22,453 bases of DNA from the IMG/VR virus record IMGVR_UViG_2718217868_000005, positions 1 to 22,453 of that record; one strand, 5' to 3'. The stretch comes from a virus. Its lineage: Duplodnaviria; Heunggongvirae; Uroviricota; Caudoviricetes. A program made the translations under genes and the position numbers. The notes beneath the pieces were generated by a model that saw only the letters and a list, made by a program, of their open reading frames with translations, was not told the origin of the DNA and did not search any database. Shown here piece after piece: positions 19,114 to 22,453 of this stretch. Numbering within the stretch: position 1 is the stretch's first letter; each line of letters starts with the position of its first letter.

Positions 19114-19338
19114 CTATCGTTCTTTGTTCTTACGGTAACGCTCAAGAGGAGATACATTTTTTCGTATCGTCTCTTTAACCTGCTCTCCCCGTAAAAACGT
19201 CCCATCCTTTAACGCGAAAAAGTAACTGCCATCGCCCGACAATGACGGATAGCAACAGAGCAAATCATCTTCAGGTACTGAATAACTCTCCCCTCTGTAA
19301 CGAAACTGATAAACCACTTCACTTTCTGCCGCATACAT
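19114..19338 (-). CDS. Hypothetical phage early-region protein (74 aa)
   Basis: ATG preceded by GGAGAAAG. Protein-like composition. Confidence 0.5.
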   Translation of the reverse strand: MYAAESEVVYQFRYRGESYSVPEDDLLCCYPSLSGDGSYFFALKDGTFLRGEQVKETIRKNVSPLERYRKNKER

Positions 19339-19505
19339 TTGGACTTTCTCCGTTTCCTCGTGGTCAATTCAGACAGCAATTCATCTTGTGAATGACATGG
19401 ATGCCAGCGTTTTCCATCCTCACCCGTGATCCAGCCGTGACCGTAGTGCATTGCCGGGCTTTGTTTTACCAGCAGCGATGCAAATGATGGTTCTTTCGTC
19501 AGCAT
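19209..19505 (-). CDS. Hypothetical small protein just downstream of cII; its 3' part overlaps the 74-aa ORF out of frame
   Basis: ATG at 19505 preceded by GAGGTG, 7 nt after the cII stop. The first 55 aa look protein-like; the tail (CMRQKVKWFISF...) looks like out-of-frame read-through. Confidence 0.4.
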   Translation of the reverse strand: MLTKEPSFASLLVKQSPAMHYGHGWITGEDGKRWHPCHSQDELLSELTTRKRRKSKCMRQKVKWFISFVTEGRVIQYLKMICSVAIRHCRAMAVTFSR

Positions 19506-19512
19506 AAGCACC

Positions 19513-20031
19513 TCACAGCAAACCGAATGAAGCACCGAGGCCAGTCACGGTATCAACTGCACTCGCCATCGCAGGGTTAGCCTGTAAACGGGCCTGCAAT
19601 GAAACAGCAGCCAACGCCATCAGTCGTGTTACAGAGTTAATGCTGCTGATAGCATCACGACGACCTGCACTGGTTTTTACATCGCCAGATACCGCACCTG
19701 CAGCAACACGCCCGATCTCTGCGGTTGCACTCATGACGTAATGTGGCAGTTTCTCTTTTGCCACCTCATTAATTGGTACGCATGGCAGGCAGTGAATCTG
19801 TGCCAGAAAACCATCTACCAACGTTGAATCTTCAGTCAGATCGGTAAGCAGCCAGATTTCTGGTGCGGTTAATAAATGAGGTTGAGCTGGGTTCAGCTTG
19901 TTCCGCAGAATCTGCACATTCATGCCCGCACGTTCTGCCAGTTGCACCAGATTGTGGCGCAGTGCGAATGCACGACAGGCTTCATCAAAATGTGGATGTT
20001 TGGAAACTTGGTAATCAAACATGGTTTTCAA
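19513..20031 (-). CDS. cII: CII-like lysogeny-establishment regulator (186 CII family), about 170 aa
   Basis: HTH region [18 protein letters not shown] and overall sequence resemble phage 186 CII from memory. Follows apl in the early rightward operon. The true start may be the ATG three codons in (MFDYQ). Confidence 0.75.
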   Translation of the reverse strand: MKTMFDYQVSKHPHFDEACRAFALRHNLVQLAERAGMNVQILRNKLNPAQPHLLTAPEIWLLTDLTEDSTLVDGFLAQIHCLPCVPINEVAKEKLPHYVMSATAEIGRVAAGAVSGDVKTSAGRRDAISSINSVTRLMALAAVSLQARLQANPAMASAVDTVTGLGASFGLL

Positions 20032-20086
20032 CTCCGAACTTATCGCAAAATCGAACTCAGCGTCTTATTGCGAAAATAGACGTCTA

Positions 20087-20290
20087 TTAAGCAGACAAAG
20101 CATCAACAGTCAGAGCAGCCAGGTTAATCATTACCTTTTCACGTTTTTTGTCTTTACGAAGACGATGACGAGGTAGTCGGCCATCAGCCAACATGTCGTT
20201 AATCGTATCAATAGAAAGGCCAGTCAGTTCGCTATAACGTTCGATTGTGACATGTGGTGTATTCAGAGTAATTGAAATGTTAGGTGTCAT
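20087..20290 (-). CDS. apl: Apl/Cox-like excisionase and transcriptional regulator (67 aa)
   Basis: Small HTH protein ([22 protein letters not shown]), first gene of the operon divergent from cI, as for 186 apl and P2 cox. Confidence 0.65.
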   Translation of the reverse strand: MTPNISITLNTPHVTIERYSELTGLSIDTINDMLADGRLPRHRLRKDKKREKVMINLAALTVDALSA

Positions 20291-20379
20291 AAGGCAACAT
20301 TCCTTCTAGATATGGCTTGTGGCGAGCCGTTGTTTGTCGTGATTAGTAGTGAAGGCTCCAAAAGAACACTTCTGGTTCA

Positions 20380-20408
20380 ACTTTAAGATCGCTTTTGGAA
20401 TCTGTCAA
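20380..20408 (-). promoter_or_regulatory. Candidate lytic promoter (pR-like) for the apl-cII operon
   Basis: On the minus strand: TTGACA (20403-20408), 17-nt spacer, TAAAGT (20380-20385), about 80 nt upstream of the apl ATG. The matching lysogenic promoter was not located. Confidence 0.35.
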
Positions 20409-20435
20409 CGAATTTTGGATTTCTTTGGAGGACTT

Positions 20436-21005
20436 GTGGATTTCAATAGCGGCGGTAAGAAAGCCATAGAACGTTTAGTTGAAGCATATGGGTTCGGTAC
20501 CCGTCAGGCTCTCTGTGATCATTTAGGTGTTTCTAAGAGCACCATGGCAACGCGCTATATGCGTGATATTTTTCCAGCAGATTGGGTAATCCAGTGCGCC
20601 CTTGAAACGGGCACCTCGCTTAATTGGCTAACAACAGGGCATGGTTCAAAGCAAGCATCAGCAAATACAAATACTATAGAAGTAGAAAAATATTTATTGT
20701 CTGATGGAGCATTGCAGAAAGACGGTTTTTATATTTTTGATAAGGAATTTCTACCCTCTACGTTTAAAAAACCTTTTGTCATCACAGATAACAATTCTGA
20801 ATTTATTTGTGATAAAGAATTTGATGATATACGTGATGGTAAATGGGTAATAAGTATTGATGGCGAAATAACGATCCGTGACATTACTCGTTTACCCGGT
20901 GGAAGAATCTTCGTCGAGGGTGGAAACAGAGCCTTCGAATGCAAGATAGAAGACATTGAAATAATTGGTAAAATTATAAGTTTAACAGTCAAATATGTTA
21001 AATAG
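20436..21005 (+). CDS. cI: CI-type immunity repressor (phage 186 CI family), about 189 aa
   Basis: Start placed at the in-frame GTG at 20436 directly after GGAGGA; the track's upstream GTG at 20349 has no SD. Position between apl and int matches the 186 arrangement. Family assignment is from memory. Confidence 0.7.
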   Translation: MDFNSGGKKAIERLVEAYGFGTRQALCDHLGVSKSTMATRYMRDIFPADWVIQCALETGTSLNWLTTGHGSKQASANTNTIEVEKYLLSDGALQKDGFYIFDKEFLPSTFKKPFVITDNNSEFICDKEFDDIRDGKWVISIDGEITIRDITRLPGGRIFVEGGNRAFECKIEDIEIIGKIISLTVKYVK

Positions 21006-21020
21006 TACCGGGAGGAAACT

Positions 21021-21212
21021 ATGCTTGGTAAGGTATTTTTTGTGGTTTTGTCATGTTCTTTGTTATTAAACCCACTAACTACCTATGCTAGAAATTATCC
21101 CTGCTCAGGGAAAAAGGGAGGTGTTTCTCACTGTACCTCAGATGGCAAATTCGTTTGCAATGATGGAACTATTAGTAAATCCAAAAAAATCTGTACTAAA
21201 AACTCACGATAA
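21021..21212 (+). CDS. Small secreted Cys-rich basic peptide (63-aa precursor)
   Basis: Strong SD GGAGGA 4 nt before the ATG. N-terminal signal peptide ([23 protein letters not shown]) with a likely cleavage site after TYA. Predicted mature part is about 40 aa with 4 Cys and many Lys. Lies between cI and int. Confidence 0.55.
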   Translation: MLGKVFFVVLSCSLLLNPLTTYARNYPCSGKKGGVSHCTSDGKFVCNDGTISKSKKICTKNSR

Positions 21213-21400
21213 CTTTTGCTTTTATATCTGCGTCTAAAACAAAAATGAGCCGCAGGTTAACCGCAAAAGTTACATGCTCACATAGCAAAAAGAATAGCCA
21301 ACTTCATTATGGCTTCAGTGAGATGTATGGTCGTAGGATTTCATACATTGACACTGGTTATACATACAGTAAAAATGCTCTCTACTGGAGGGCATTTTTT

Positions 21401-22453
21401 ATGGCAGTACGAAAACTCACCACAGGGAAATGGCTTTGCGAATGTTACCCCGCCGGACGTAGTGGGCGTCGTGTGCGTAAACAATTCGCCACCAAAGGCG
21501 AAGCTCTGGCTTTTGAGCGCCACACGATGGAAGAAACCGAAGCAAAGCCCTGGCTGGGTGAATCAGTGGATCGTCGAACACTGAAAGACGTAGTTGAGCT
21601 ATGGTTCAAACTACATGGTAAATCTCTAACCGCTGGGCAGCATGTCTATGACAAATTGCTGTTGATGGTTGACGCTCTGGGCAATCCCCTTGCAACCGAT
21701 CTCACATCTAAAATGTTTGCCCACTATCGAGATAAACGCCTGACGGGTGAGATCTACTTCAGCGAGAAATGGAAAAAAGGAGCAAGCCCAGTCACTATTA
21801 ACCTGGAGCAAAGCTATCTTAGTAGTGTTTTTAGCGAACTATCCCGCCTGGGCGAATGGTCGTATCCGAACCCACTGGAGAACATGCGAAAATTCACCAT
21901 CGCAGAAAAAGAGATGGCATGGCTTACCCATGAGCAGATTGTTGAATTGCTGGCTGATTGTAAACGTCAGGACCCAATTCTGGCACTGGTAGTTAAGATA
22001 TGCTTAAGCACTGGCGCACGCTGGCGTGAAGCCGTAAATCTTACCCGCTCACAGGTGACCAAATACCGAATTACCTTTGTAAGAACGAAGGGGAAGAAAA
22101 ACAGAAGCATCCCTATCAGTAAAGAGCTTTACGAAGAGATCATGGCGCTTGATGGGTTCAATTTCTTCACAGACTGTTATTTTCAATTTTTATCCGTGAT
22201 GGAAAAAACGTCTATCGTGCTCCCTCGCGGTCAACTCACACACGTTCTGCGCCATACGTTTGCGGCGCACTTCATGATGTCGGGTGGAAACATTCTGGCC
22301 TTACAAAAAATTCTCGGACACCACGATATAAAAATGACTATGCGTTACGCACATCTGGCACCGGATCATCTGGAAACGGCGCTTCGTTTCAATCCTCTGG
22401 CAACGCTGCCAAGTGGCGACAAAGTGGCGGCAGCGGTTGGCATTACCCCGTAA
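21401..22453 (+). CDS. int: Tyrosine integrase, P2 Int family (350 aa)
   Basis: C-terminal catalytic region (HVLRHTFAAHFMMSGGNILALQKILGHHDIKMTMRYAHL, with the R/H-x-x-R/Y signature) and LSTGARWREA box. Start at the ATG at 21401 with SD GGAGGG; the 52-codon extension from 21245 is rejected. Confidence 0.9.
   Translation: MAVRKLTTGKWLCECYPAGRSGRRVRKQFATKGEALAFERHTMEETEAKPWLGESVDRRTLKDVVELWFKLHGKSLTAGQHVYDKLLLMVDALGNPLATDLTSKMFAHYRDKRLTGEIYFSEKWKKGASPVTINLEQSYLSSVFSELSRLGEWSYPNPLENMRKFTIAEKEMAWLTHEQIVELLADCKRQDPILALVVKICLSTGARWREAVNLTRSQVTKYRITFVRTKGKKNRSIPISKELYEEIMALDGFNFFTDCYFQFLSVMEKTSIVLPRGQLTHVLRHTFAAHFMMSGGNILALQKILGHHDIKMTMRYAHLAPDHLETALRFNPLATLPSGDKVAAAVGITP

Larger units (their letters stand above)
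2621..22453. mobile_element. Defective P2/186-like prophage, truncated by the window edge
   Basis: Contiguous P2-family genes in canonical order (ogr, D, U, T, O', P, Q, cos, cargo, A, cII, apl, cI, int). Region N through E is absent. att sites were not identified; the left boundary should lie in 2621-2855. Confidence 0.85.

Noticed and set aside
21245-21400. 52-codon N-terminal extension of the integrase
   Set aside because: The integrase homology begins at the ATG at 21401, which has its own SD. The extension has no SD and an atypical composition.
1-22453. tRNA genes, rRNA genes or CRISPR arrays
   Set aside because: No cloverleaf-like conserved tRNA segments, no rRNA-like stretches and no spaced direct-repeat arrays were seen.

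Overview
The window holds three host genes (grxA, ybjM, ybjL; 1-2620) followed by a defective P2/186-family prophage that runs from just after ybjL to the window edge (integrase stop at 22453). All calls rest on reading the supplied ORF translations and the raw sequence; no database search or alignment was run, and protein similarities are from memory. Prophage order on the + strand is: ogr, D, U, T (tape measure, split by a frameshift), O (scaffold, truncated at about 150 aa), P, Q, cos-like site, cargo, A, dam, traR-like, small ORFs, cII-like, apl-like, cI-like, small secreted peptide, int. The capsid, lysis and most tail genes (P2 N through E) are missing, so the element cannot make particles. 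The most interesting part is the cargo between replication gene A and portal gene Q. It contains a LexA-box-controlled two-gene operon (small protein plus DinI-like), a strongly AT-rich gene for a 630-aa KAP-type P-loop NTPase with an uncharacterised C-terminal half, and a 223-aa unknown protein whose promoter is overlapped by a perfect palindrome. The KAP NTPase is my best candidate for an undescribed single-gene anti-phage defence protein. A small secreted Cys-rich peptide gene sits between the repressor and integrase. No tRNA, rRNA or CRISPR array was seen.
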